Below, piece after piece: positions 1 to 10,294 of a stretch of DNA of 20,000 nt (position 1 is the stretch's first letter; the number at the start of each line of letters is the position of its first letter). The DNA is from Peribolospora baueri. Lineage: Eukaryota. The notes under the pieces are model-generated. The model saw nothing but the letters and a program-made list of their open reading frames with translations. It made no database searches and had not been told where the DNA came from. Where the stretch lies: the NCBI GenBank assembly GCA_029717555.1, contig JAMDHS010000107.1:45332-65331 (forward strand), read 5' to 3'. The translations under genes and the position numbers were made by a program.

Positions 1-3000
1 GCGCGAGCCGGACGCATCCACGCTGAGGGGCGTGTCGGGGGCGGCAGGTCTGGACGGCTCTTGCTTGTGAGCTCTCACGGCGCCGGCCTTCTTCTTGATC
101 GAAGGTAGCTTGAAGATGTCAGGTTTGGACTTGGACATGGGCTGTCGCTTGCTGTCCAGCTCGTCCACGACCAAGCCGCCCTCCTGCTTGACGGCGACCA
201 CCTCGGACTCAGATCTTCGCCTTGTGCGCGCGCGTTTTTCGGCACCGGAGAGGAAGCGCCGGACAAAGTCGGCGACGACACGGTTGTGGAGGTCTCGCTG
301 GACGACGTCTGTAAGCTCCTTCATCAACAAGTCCGTCGCTTCTGCTTCCACCTCCTCCGACGTCCAGCTCGTCTTCTTCTCTGGTGCGGACGCCAGAGCC
401 GCCAGAGAGATTGCTTTGGCCACGTCTGCGCCGATATCGAGACGGCCTGACGACAGCGCCTGTGAGGACTGGGTCGCGGCGGCCTGCGAGGGGCCGGCGG
501 GCTTCGGGATAACCAACTTGACGTCCAGCGACTGGCCAAAAAGCTTCGTCTTTACCATGTCTGCACGGCACTCGAGCGCCGTCGAAACGTCGCCAAAGGG
601 GATGTACCAGCCCGCGCCGTTGCAGTTTTGCTCGATTGCGTGGATGGCGATCGGTTCGAACCGGCGGATGTTCAGATCCAGGGCCCGGTTGAAGAGAGCT
701 TGGTCGATACGCATGAACGGTCCCATGGCGATGTAGACGTAGGGCAGGTTCAGTTGGCGCAGGTGCTCCATGACCTCTTTGGCCTCGGCATGACTTGGTA
801 GTGACGAGCCCGTCGCCGTCGCGGGCGGCTGTCCCGACTTGGGCGCCCGTCCGCGAGCGCCGCGCCTCGTGAACACCTCCGTGCTACGATTCAGACCGAC
901 ATGATCAACCTCATCATCGGAATCAATGTCCATGTCGTCTTCGCCGCGAGACCTTCCAGCCGGGGTGGCCACGGGCGACGAGGAGATTGGCGAAGGGGCG
1001 ACATACGCCGAAGCTCCATACGGCATAGAGGACGAGACGTGGGGCGCGCGGAAGCCGACCTGTCGAGGCAAGGTCGATGAGCCAGGCCGACCTGGATAAA
1101 CCTGGGAACGGTGATGCAAGGCGCGCATTGGATCATTGGGCGTTGACTCGGGTGTGCTGGAATGCGGATGTGGATCGGGCTTGGGCTTGGGATGCAGCCT
1201 CGCCATCTCCATTTCCACTGCCTTTTTGCATTTGACGCCCTCACCATCAAGCTCAACCTTGACGGGCTCCGTGCCTGTGCCAATCTTGGTGCCATTGATC
1301 TTTTTCAGCGCCGCTTTGGCTACCTGATGCGCGTCTTGTCGTGGTCCTGCTGCTGAAGAAGACAGAGAAGTGGTCTTGCCTCTCGAGCCGGTTGAAGAAG
1401 GCACATCGTGGACAAACTTGACCCAGGCGATGCCGAGACTTCCTCCAGTGAGAGGGTCGTATTTGAGCTCGGACTCTTCGATGCGGCCTAGGGCCTTGAG
1501 AGGGCGAAGGACGTGGTCGAGGAGCGTGAGGGTCGAGAGGCGGGTGATGAGAATGGCTCGTGCCGGTGGAGGGAAGGGAGAGTTGGCGTCCCACTGCAAA
1601 ATCGAACGAGGAACGACAGGGCAAGCGGCGCGTAAGCAAAACTTCCTTGCCGAACTTCCTTGCCGAGTTCACCGGACGGTGACGACGACGGACTCACTTT
1701 GTAATCAAACTTTTCCAGCATCGGCCTCCACTTTTTCCTTCCCCTCGACAACGTCTTCCCATAGTTCGGCGTGACCTTCCTCGGGTCTGGAACTACAGCC
1801 CTCTGCTGCCCTTCCTCTGGGTCCTTACCCCACACGATCACCCGCTTCTTGCCCTCGTTTCCCGGCGAAAGCGCCGGCTCGAGCGTGACACGGAAATTGT
1901 GTTTCTGCGACAACTCTGTCGGAAGAGGAACGGGAGGCGGAAGCGATGAGGGTGCAGTAGTGCTGGCGGGTCCGGTGGCCATATCCTGGGAGTCAGGAGG
2001 CGGAGGAGGCGGAGGAGGCGGGGCCTCATCCGGAGGTGGTGGTGGCGGTGGAAGAGGTTCCGACGGAGGCGGAGGAGGTGGGGCCTCGTCCGGGGGAGGA
2101 GGCGGAAGGGGCTCCGATGGTGGGGGAGGATGCTTGTCGGAGGACCGCTTTGGAGCCTGTTCGTCGTCGGACCGCCTAGCATGATCGAGATCCTTCAGCA
2201 AGGCCCTTGGAGCCATCGGCACACGCCCTCTGATGATCGGTGACCTTGCTGGGCGTGGAGGCGGCGACGGAGGCTCCCTTGGCCTGCTGGTGCTGGAGGC
2301 GGAAGGCGACCTGCGGCTGACATCTGCAAAACGCTTGGACGAAGACGCCTGTGGCGGCGGACTCGTCCTCGCGTCCGCTTTTGTTGCTCGCGAGCGCGAT
2401 CGCGGTCGATACCCGTCCGGCGTCCCATCCCTGTACGATGATTCCCTACCTCTTCCTCGCTCTGCGTCCTTGGCCGGCGTCCCATCCCTGTACAGCTCCC
2501 TTGCTCGTCCTCTGTCTGCACCCTCCCTTCCTCGCCTCCGTTCATCTCTATATCTCCTATCATCGTCGACGTCTCTTCTCCGGGAGTAGCTGCTTCGGTC
2601 CAGGTCGTCGTCCCTATCCCGATCCCACTCCCAGCTCCGGTCCCGATCCCACCTATCTCTACCGTCCCTCCGTCTTGGAGGAGGAGACGGCGACCTTCTC
2701 CAATCGTCGTAATTCTCGATGGCCCAGTGCGGTAGTCGGCTCCTTGAAGACCGGCTGTCGCGGTGAGGCGAAGGAGAACGTGCGCGGCTCGGCGGCAGCG
2801 GGATGGGCGGGCGGTGCGGGAGCAGGTCCGGTCTCGATCTGGTCCGCTCCCGTCCTGGAGAGCGCAACTTGGGAAGGGGAGAGGCACGGGAGCTCGATGG
2901 AGTTGGATCGGTGGAGACAATGGACAAGGGCCGGTGTGGGCGAGACTCGGGCGGCGACGCGCCAAGAGGTTTAGCGGGCAGGGAAGGTGGCGGGGGAGGC

Positions 3001-3047
3001 AGACTGCTGCCTTGAGCGCCCGGCTTAGGCGTCAATGCTGGTGCCAT
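1..3047 (-). CDS. SET1: Set1-family histone H3K4 methyltransferase (COMPASS catalytic subunit), N-terminal part. Exon 1 3047-1698, intron 1697-1594, exon 2 from 1593 to beyond base 1. The SET domain lies outside the window.
   Basis: ATG at 3047 opens a Pro/Arg/Asp-rich N-terminus ending ...VPDPRKVTPNYGK...LEKFDYK. A GTGAGT...TTTGCAG intron joins it in phase 0 to WDANSPFPPPARAILITRLSTLT...IEESELKYDPLTGGSLGIAWVKF...KINGTKIG...VKVELDGEG (Set1 RRM-like). Further on: LPYVYIAMG...GAGWYIPFGD (SET_assoc-like) and LLMKELTDVVQRDLHNRVVADFVRRFL...KLPSIKKK. The frame is open to base 1. Family recognised from recalled motifs. Confidence 0.88.
1640..1665. repeat. 13-bp perfect tandem duplication (AACTTCCTTGCCG)x2 inside the SET1 intron
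   Basis: Read directly at 1640-1652 and 1653-1665. Confidence 0.9.
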
Positions 3048-4841
3048 TGAGCCGAAGGAGGGCGACGGCGCGGAAGGCTGGGAGGGATGAAGAGAGGCGA
3101 GGAGGAGAAAGTGGAGATGCCGGGGCGCTCAGAGGAGGGAGAGGGCGCAGGAAAATGAAAAGCGGAGCATGAGGTGGTAATGAGACACGAAGGGGGCGAT
3201 GGTCGCTGGCGGGGCACGGAGGGTGGGGCAAGAAAGGAGCGGGGTGGATGTGATGGAAAGGAGAGGAGATGGAGACGGTGGTGGTGGTGGCTCTGGGTGG
3301 AGTCGGTGGTGGTGAGGTGGAAGGACGAGCGCGTAGATGGCGCAGACGAGAGAGACGCGCAAAGGGGGAACGAAGGAAAGCAAAGGGCTTTCTTTCGGCG
3401 CCCACGATCGACGACGGCCTCGTCTTAAGTCTCTTTTCTCCACCACCACTCCGTTCGGCGACGACGATGGCGATGACCACGAGCGAGACGCTGACTGGCG
3501 TTCTTTCTTGCCCCCATTCACCGTCGTCGCCTCCTTCTCGCCCTCCGCGTTCCATCCAAAGTTTCGCTTCGGATGAAAGAAGAACACGCAACGCAAACGC
3601 CGGTCCAGCGCAGCTCAAACGCACTCGAGACTCCCTCGCCGGCTCACAGCCGTGGCCCAAGATAGATCGCCACCCACTGGAGCCCTACTGAGCTGATGGA
3701 TTCGCCCATGTACAAACTCACCCGGGCCGCCTCACTACACCTGGGTGAACGACCATCCGGTACCAGGTCCTCCGCATGCTTGATGGCCATTTGGATGTCA
3801 AAGGCGTGCCATACGCTTCTAACCGGCTCAGAGCACCCTTGGACATTCGCACAGGGGACCACCTCATCCCAAAACAGAGCACAAACTATGAAAAGACGGA
3901 CCGAACCGCGTCGTCCTTACAGGTTGCTCTACGTTTCGCCTGGAGCTTAGAAATGTGTGAGGTGGAGCTTTGGACTAGCAGCAGTGCCTTTAAAGCTTGT
4001 CTCCGTCTCTCGACCGATATACACCAACCTCCTTGTGAGCGGCCAGTCTTCATGGAGCTTTAGACGGACGTGATGGACGATGAGAACGTCGTAGGATACG
4101 ATGTCCGTCGCCCGACAGGGCAAGCACCAAAGAGGCTGCGGCAGACTGGCCCGCCGCAGTCGATGTGGCAGACCGGACAGGCGCACAAGAAAAGGTCCAT
4201 CTCCTCTCCTCTGCTCTTCTTGTCATTGCCGAAACGACGCTCGTCGACCTCGTTCGATCAACGGCCGTAAACGATGGTAAATTCGAAACGGCTCTCGGCC
4301 TTCGATCCCGGCGCCACGTCTGCAAGCCGTGCGAGCGGGTCGCCCGTCGAGCGGACCATGTTCTGTCCGCGATACGCTAACGAGTCCGGGGAGATTCTAT
4401 TTCATCTCACGCCAGCCACCTTATTAGACACCGGCAGTCGTGTTCGTGTTACACGCTCTATCTAGCTCGCAGCTCCGATGGAGGCGATAGCCGGAAAGCA
4501 GCCTATACGTCTTTGGCAGGCATCGGCACGACACTGGCTCATGCTCGCCCGTTCGGTAGCGGACGTGCTTGCGGAGGGCATGCCTTTGTCGCCCTGTGCG
4601 ATCACCTGCGTTCTGTGATATTTACCTCCACCACCTCCTTCCTCCCTCCCAGTACCTACACCCTACCTGGAACGCTCTCCGGCGTTCCTTCACGAGGTGA
4701 TCATCTCTCTCTTCCCTGCTTCAGACCTGCTTGCTTTCATCGGGCGGCCTAAATGGCCGCTCGTCCCCGCTGAACGGCCCACTTCCTTGCCTCCCACCTC
4801 GCCTTTGATTCCCATCTCGCTTTCTTCGACGGCCACGCAAG

Positions 4842-7800
4842 ATGGCACCACCGCCTGCTGCTGATCGACCAGTGGCATCGTGGTCGCTCATAGGAGGCGG
4901 ACCCTCTCCAGCTCGCCGCTTCTCGTCTGTCGAGTCCGGCCGCCCAGAGGAGTTGGCCGACAAGACACACGACCACCCGGAATCTCCGATCCCTCCTCTC
5001 GTCATCCCCATTCTTGCCATATTCTTCGTATTGGTCGCCCTAACCGCGGGTTGCTGGATTTGTAGCAAATGGCGCCGCCGTCGCAAGAAAAACAAGGCGC
5101 GCAAGGTCAAAAAACAAAAGGACATCGCTTCTGCTTCCTCACCCGTTCAAGAGATGGAGGAGCTAGACGTGGGAGAGTGCGCCAAAATGATGGACAGTCA
5201 CCGCGATATGATGGACAGTCACCGCGATGCGGATGTCGCCAGCAGAGCACCGTCTTCTCCCACCCCTGGCAGCGTTGAGACCACATCGACGCTCATCGAT
5301 GCCCGCCCTTCCACGGCTCGCCCGACCACCGCCGGGATATCGAGTCTGACGTCCTCGTCTTCTTATCGACCCCGCGCACACGCTCTCGCGCCTTCTTGGG
5401 TCATCCATCACGCTCGTGTACGGTTCCAACGACTGGGAATGCGCGGCTTTGGACACCTGCACGAGGAAGGTGTTGAGGGTGCGCCTTTAAAAGACGTGTT
5501 GACTGAGGAGAGGTGGAGAGAGTGGCACGGCAGCGGCTTACTCAGTATGTCACCTGGGTTAGCAGACGGAGACAACGATGGATTTGGTATTGGCTATCCC
5601 GGCAACGACCTGGGTTCGCACAAGGTCGCGGGCGGAGAGGCGGGCGACCTGGCCCGCGCCCGCGCCCACACTGGTCGCCAACACGCGCGCGAGGAGGAGT
5701 CGGAGAACGTAGCTGACGTTCGTCACACCTTTGAGGGCAAGCGCGAGGTCGGAAAGTGGGAACGACACCGCGGTTTCGGAGGCGACGCCGCTTGCAAGTA
5801 CGGCTCAGCTCATCACCACATGCACGCCGACGGCTTCCAGGGCTTGCAACGCGGCATGAGCAGGATGTGGGGCAGCTTTTCGACCAAGATGCTGAACGTG
5901 TTCAAGGACTCGCAGCTGGACGAGGAGGAAGATCTGGAGAGTGGCACCCTCGCAGCATCCGAACCGCCTTCTCGTCCGACATCGCCTTTGCCTTGGCGCC
6001 ACGCTAAGTCTGGAGAAGAAGGGCACAAACAAGAGTACCGTGAACTTTCCCGTACGCGTGTCGACCATCGCGTTTCGGACGCGACAACGCTCTTCAGCGA
6101 CCTCCTCACGCCCAAAGACAAGATGTTCGTGCAGGAAGACAAGCTCGAGGCCGAGACGAAGCCGGAGCCGTGGTCCGACGAAGTACGCGCCTCCCTCTCT
6201 AAGCCTCCGCGCCGCTCGTCGGGCGCATACATTCACTCCTCCAAAGCACCCTCGGGACGTCTGGCTCAGTCCGACTCCAATACCGCGAAGCGAGTCTCTC
6301 AAAGCCCAATCTCGGCTCGAGACGCCATGGCCAAGTTGCATCCGACGCAAGTTTCCCGTTCTCCTTCTCGTCCCCGTCCTCATCTTTCCGCGAAGCCACC
6401 CAGGAGCAGCTCTGACGAAGAGCTCAAGCGAAGTTTTGAAATGTATTCGCTGCAGCAGACCCCGTCCGCTCGAGCTGCTCCTTGGGGCCATCAGCATCCA
6501 CAATCGCGACATCCGAGCGGCGGGCGCAGTATAGACTTTGAAACCATGGTCAAAAAGACGCAAACGGCGCTCGATGAGCTTGTCTCGATACTCCAGCCTG
6601 ACCATCGACGTCGGCGTGGGGCTCGGAGCCCTAGCGACGAGGGTGGCTCTAGCACTTCGATAACCGACTCGAGCGCCGACGACGAGTATCCGTCGGACGA
6701 CCATGCCGGATGGTCTCTTCTTCACTCTCGCTCTACTTCGACAATTCTTCACGTAGTTGACATGCGCCCGCTCGAAGCGGTCACGCATGCGGCGGCTGCG
6801 GAAGCGTCGTCCAAAGCGGGAGACGAAGGCTCGATGAGCTTCTTCGACGTTGACCTCTCCAGCGGGAACGATTGCCAGGAGCACTTGTCCGACGCCAGCT
6901 TTGGTCGCGTCAGCACGCAGTCGTCCGAGTGGATCGATGTTCCGATCGACGTCCGACGACGACGCGAGAGCGGAGCCGTGCCACCTTCGTCAGGGACGTC
7001 GTCTAGCGGTATCTCCCGGCTCGTCCGACGCAGCGCCATCGCCGACCATCGTCGCTCCTCGCGCCAAGAGAGCAGGTATTTCCGCCTTTCCGACGGCAGC
7101 GTTGAGGACTCTTCGAGCGCTTTCACCAACGGTATCACTCGAGCGCGCCCCGTGGAAGTGCTGGAGGATATCGCTACCGCACCGGGGAACGCCAGCGATG
7201 TCACGTCGCCTGGTCGCGCTTGCGAGGGTTCCAAAGGGGTGACCGTGATGATCGAGAACGATGGAGACGGAGTCGCACATGACGAGGCATCGAGTGTGGG
7301 CTCGTATCCCCGCGTTCAAGAGTCTCGGCGCCGCGAGGGATCGTTCTCCGCTGTGATGCAAAAAAGTTCAGGGGTGCGGTCGAGAACAGAGGGAGAAGAG
7401 CTCACTCAAGGAGACGTCGACGATCTTGAGGCCGGCGGGTCCGAGGATGGTCGCCTGCCCTCCTCCGTCGTCGACGTGCTGCTTGCCGTCTCCGTGGGCA
7501 ATGCTCCGACCGAAACGGGAAAGACGTCGGTTGGAGGACACATGCGTCAGGCGGAGGAGAAAGGGACCGGTGCGGGAATGGACGCTACGATAATACCCTC
7601 TCTCGACGTCGGTTCCATCCCCGAAGCGCCCAACGCGTACTCCAACTGTACAGAGAAGTCGAACGATGGGGAGGAGACCCCGGTCTTCGTCCCCTCTCCA
7701 GAGCTCCAGCGGGCTGCTCTTCGGGAAGAGGTTTCGCCTTCGACGGATTCAGCTTCGCCCCCGCCCTTACCGCCGAAGGAATTCGCCAAATCGCATGACC

Positions 7801-8666
7801 TCGCGGCCACAGCGGTCGAGGGTGCAGCACCGGCTTCTCTTCCGTCTGTGCAAGGCTCCTCACACGAGGTGAACAACCGGGGAAGGGTGGTGAGCGCAGG
7901 GAAGATGCATAAGAGCGTCAAGATGATGATAGCCGATTTTGAGGCTGGGGCCAAAGCGGCCGCCTCCCCTCGTTCCTCTTCGCCTCCGCTACAAATCTCG
8001 CCGACCTTTTCGCCTCGAAACCACCCCCTCGCTCTTGGACCTGTCATCCGCGCTGTCCACTCACCCGCCGATATACGCTCTTCATCGGCCTTGCCACTCT
8101 CACCGCAGAACCACCCGCACCTCTTTTTCGCGAACGCGGTGCCGCTGACCGGGCTCGTGCGTGTCGACGCCAATGGTAGCGGAGGAAAGCCGACGCCGGT
8201 CCGCCTCGAGGGCTTCGCCCAGGCTGTAGCGCCCACAGCGGGGATTACCTCGATGCTCGCGGGCGCTGAAGCGGGTAGGCCTTCTGGCCGTGAATCCGGT
8301 GCGCCTTCCACCGACTTCAGGAGTACCACTTTGGGTACGCCACCCCTCGGCCCAAGCACAGAGGTCCTGGGAAGGTCTACGTCCTGTTCGAGCGGTGGGG
8401 TCATCTCCAGCACGCACCGTACCTCCATTGTCTCCACCGATCCTCTCGAGCCTCGTCAGAGTCGCGCCAGCGGTGTGGAGGAGGACGGAAAACAGCCGTC
8501 AGCGCCTCCCGCGTCAGGACACAAAGTTGCCAGTGGCGACTCCGCCGATATACCACTGGCCCGGAACGCGTCCGAAGACGCTTTCGGTGATGTGGTCGTC
8601 AGCTTCGGCAGCCTCGCGAGCGACGGCGCGCTAGCCGCCTTCCTCTCTCCAAACCGGATGCTCTGA
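4842..8666 (+). CDS. Hypothetical 1274-aa single-pass membrane protein with a long Ser/Pro/Arg-rich, probably disordered C-terminal region
   Basis: Uninterrupted 3825-nt ORF. One hydrophobic segment (LVIPILAIFFVLVALTAGCWIC) near residues 53-74 is followed by a strongly basic stretch (KWRRRRKKNKARKVKKQK). No N-terminal signal peptide and no globular domain I recognise. Confidence 0.8.
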   Translation: MAPPPAADRPVASWSLIGGGPSPARRFSSVESGRPEELADKTHDHPESPIPPLVIPILAIFFVLVALTAGCWICSKWRRRRKKNKARKVKKQKDIASASSPVQEMEELDVGECAKMMDSHRDMMDSHRDADVASRAPSSPTPGSVETTSTLIDARPSTARPTTAGISSLTSSSSYRPRAHALAPSWVIHHARVRFQRLGMRGFGHLHEEGVEGAPLKDVLTEERWREWHGSGLLSMSPGLADGDNDGFGIGYPGNDLGSHKVAGGEAGDLARARAHTGRQHAREEESENVADVRHTFEGKREVGKWERHRGFGGDAACKYGSAHHHMHADGFQGLQRGMSRMWGSFSTKMLNVFKDSQLDEEEDLESGTLAASEPPSRPTSPLPWRHAKSGEEGHKQEYRELSRTRVDHRVSDATTLFSDLLTPKDKMFVQEDKLEAETKPEPWSDEVRASLSKPPRRSSGAYIHSSKAPSGRLAQSDSNTAKRVSQSPISARDAMAKLHPTQVSRSPSRPRPHLSAKPPRSSSDEELKRSFEMYSLQQTPSARAAPWGHQHPQSRHPSGGRSIDFETMVKKTQTALDELVSILQPDHRRRRGARSPSDEGGSSTSITDSSADDEYPSDDHAGWSLLHSRSTSTILHVVDMRPLEAVTHAAAAEASSKAGDEGSMSFFDVDLSSGNDCQEHLSDASFGRVSTQSSEWIDVPIDVRRRRESGAVPPSSGTSSSGISRLVRRSAIADHRRSSRQESRYFRLSDGSVEDSSSAFTNGITRARPVEVLEDIATAPGNASDVTSPGRACEGSKGVTVMIENDGDGVAHDEASSVGSYPRVQESRRREGSFSAVMQKSSGVRSRTEGEELTQGDVDDLEAGGSEDGRLPSSVVDVLLAVSVGNAPTETGKTSVGGHMRQAEEKGTGAGMDATIIPSLDVGSIPEAPNAYSNCTEKSNDGEETPVFVPSPELQRAALREEVSPSTDSASPPPLPPKEFAKSHDLAATAVEGAAPASLPSVQGSSHEVNNRGRVVSAGKMHKSVKMMIADFEAGAKAAASPRSSSPPLQISPTFSPRNHPLALGPVIRAVHSPADIRSSSALPLSPQNHPHLFFANAVPLTGLVRVDANGSGGKPTPVRLEGFAQAVAPTAGITSMLAGAEAGRPSGRESGAPSTDFRSTTLGTPPLGPSTEVLGRSTSCSSGGVISSTHRTSIVSTDPLEPRQSRASGVEEDGKQPSAPPASGHKVASGDSADIPLARNASEDAFGDVVVSFGSLASDGALAAFLSPNRML
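5187..5228 (+). repeat. 21-bp perfect in-frame tandem duplication encoding MMDSHRD twice
   Basis: ATGATGGACAGTCACCGCGAT at 5187-5207 and 5208-5228. Confidence 0.95.
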
Positions 8667-9847
8667 ACGCGACCGAGTGCTCGTCTCGCTCGTATTTCGT
8701 CCCCCCCCCCCTTTAATTCACCGACCAGTTACGCCCAATATCCAATCATTCATTCAATCACGTTCCTCTCTGTAGCTTGTTACTTCTCTTCTCATTTCAT
8801 CTGTGGTCCTTTTCGTTCTCGTCCTTCCTTCCTTCCGCCCGTCCGTCCGTTCGGGAAGCAAGACGTCCGTGTCGTCCTTCGCTCTCCTGTCTTTCGTTGT
8901 TGACTGAACCGATCGATTCAAGTCTTGTTGGTGCGACTGTAATATCATCTCGTTCATCTGTAGTCCGAATTGAAAGCTCACACCAGTTTGGGGCCTCCTC
9001 GTCTCACCTCATGTCTCAGAAGGCCCATTGAGGAGTGATCGTTCGTCACGAGCCAACTCGCCTCGCTCCATTCCGCGCCACACGCTATTACCACTTTACT
9101 CGCCTTAAACGAGACCGAGGTGGAAGAAGGAAGGACGCGTCCACCTGCGGACGAAGACCTGTCCGCGGTTCTCAAATCAAACTTTCCTCAACGGCCGTCT
9201 CATCCCGATAGCAGCCGCGCAGGCGGCCGTGTTGGTATCTATGGATATTCCGTGAGGGGCGAAAAAGAAGGAACAAGGAAGCAGAGAAAAGGCCCCGCGC
9301 AGCACAATCCTCGGTTCGCCTTTTTCCGCATACGTCCGAGACGGCTTCAGGCCCGAGAAGGCGAAAGCAAGTAACCAAGAGACTATGAGAGCGCAACAGT
9401 GACACCACTGGGGAAAGGAACGAAGGTCGAGAGACTGAATCCACAAGAACGGCCGGATTAAAGAGCATCCGGAAGTGAACAAAACCGAAGAGAAGAAGAG
9501 AGACCGGGGGAATCCAGGAACCAGCCCCAACCGATCCGAAACTACCGTCCACGTACAGAAAAAAGAGCATATCGGTGAGGTAAACGAAGAGACATCGCGT
9601 CTCTCCGAGGGGACGGCGTCCAGCTCGGCCTCACAAAGTGAACAAGACGAGGCATCGAGCGGCCGAGTGAGGTAGCCACCGAAGGCCTGGGAATAGCTAG
9701 GTGTGTGGAAAAGCAGAGAGCAACACAAACGGCACCGCGTTGTCCGAAGACGCCAGTCCGCCCGTCGTTTTTGCTTGCGGTGGCTCTAGACCCACTCGCA
9801 ATCGTCGGCCGCCCGCCATCCAGCCCTGGTAGCAGATTTGGGTGGTA

Positions 9848-9931
9848 TCAGATCCTGGTCCAGCCCACGCACACGTAGAACACGGGGAGGATGGCGCTTG
9901 CGAGGACGCCGATGCCAAGGTAGACGAGGAC
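9848..9931 (-). CDS. Putative alternative terminal exon of the Lcb3-like gene (VLVYLGIGVLASAILPVFYVCVGWTRI*)
   Basis: Preceded by a pyrimidine-rich tract and a CAG acceptor (9934-9932). Phase 0 matches an AAG|GTGATT donor at 10378. The peptide aligns with the 27 residues that follow VLTK in exon 8. Confidence 0.72.
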   Translation of the reverse strand, partial: VLVYLGIGVLASAILPVFYVCVGWTRI

Positions 9932-10294
9932 CTGATCGATGAGTGGGGGTGGCGTGGGGGTGGACGCCAACCGTAGGCGAGAGGCAGGGACAAGGGGAGA
10001 AAAGAAAGAGATCATCTCGTCAACATTGTTCACCGACGAGCAAAACAAAATGAAAAACGAAGCATCGGAAACTTCCGGAACACAAAACGACGAGGATGAA
10101 ACAAAGGAGACGACGGGAAGTCACGGGCACGTGAAACAAAGAAGGCGGGCAGCCGATCGGTAGCGAACGACGAGGCGAGCACGGTGGCAGGGAAACCTTT
10201 TACCTTTTTTTCCTCGTGAGGAAGGATTAAGGATTAATTACCAATACACGCGGAGCGCAACGAAGTAAAAAGGGGCAAACGGCGGTGGGCTAAT

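Noticed and set aside
95..736. 213-aa + strand ORF
   Set aside because: It is antisense to SET1 exon 2, whose - strand frame carries the recognisable motifs.
1488..1697. C-terminal part of the 519-aa ORF (VSPSSSPSG...)
   Set aside because: It is read-through into the intron; the conserved RRM is in another frame after splicing 1697-1594.
1995..2130. GGA/GGC/GGT-rich repeats
   Set aside because: They encode polyproline tracts (PPPPPPDEAPPPPPP twice) in the Set1 N-terminus and are not a separate element or CRISPR-like array.
3025..3691. Several 80-211-aa ORFs upstream of SET1 (and similar ones at 12864-14128)
   Set aside because: Low-complexity CT/GA-rich leader or promoter sequence that is naturally poor in stop codons.
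5805..6884. 359-aa antisense ORF (also 7547-8437, 296 aa)
   Set aside because: Shadow ORFs opposite a long GC-rich CDS, with no independent motifs.
9172..9570. Possible third LCB3 tail (…GSVGAGSWIPPVSLLLFGF…)
   Set aside because: The resemblance is superficial: no YxGIG motif and no in-phase acceptor found. The hydrophobicity is explained by T/C-rich 3'UTR-like sequence.
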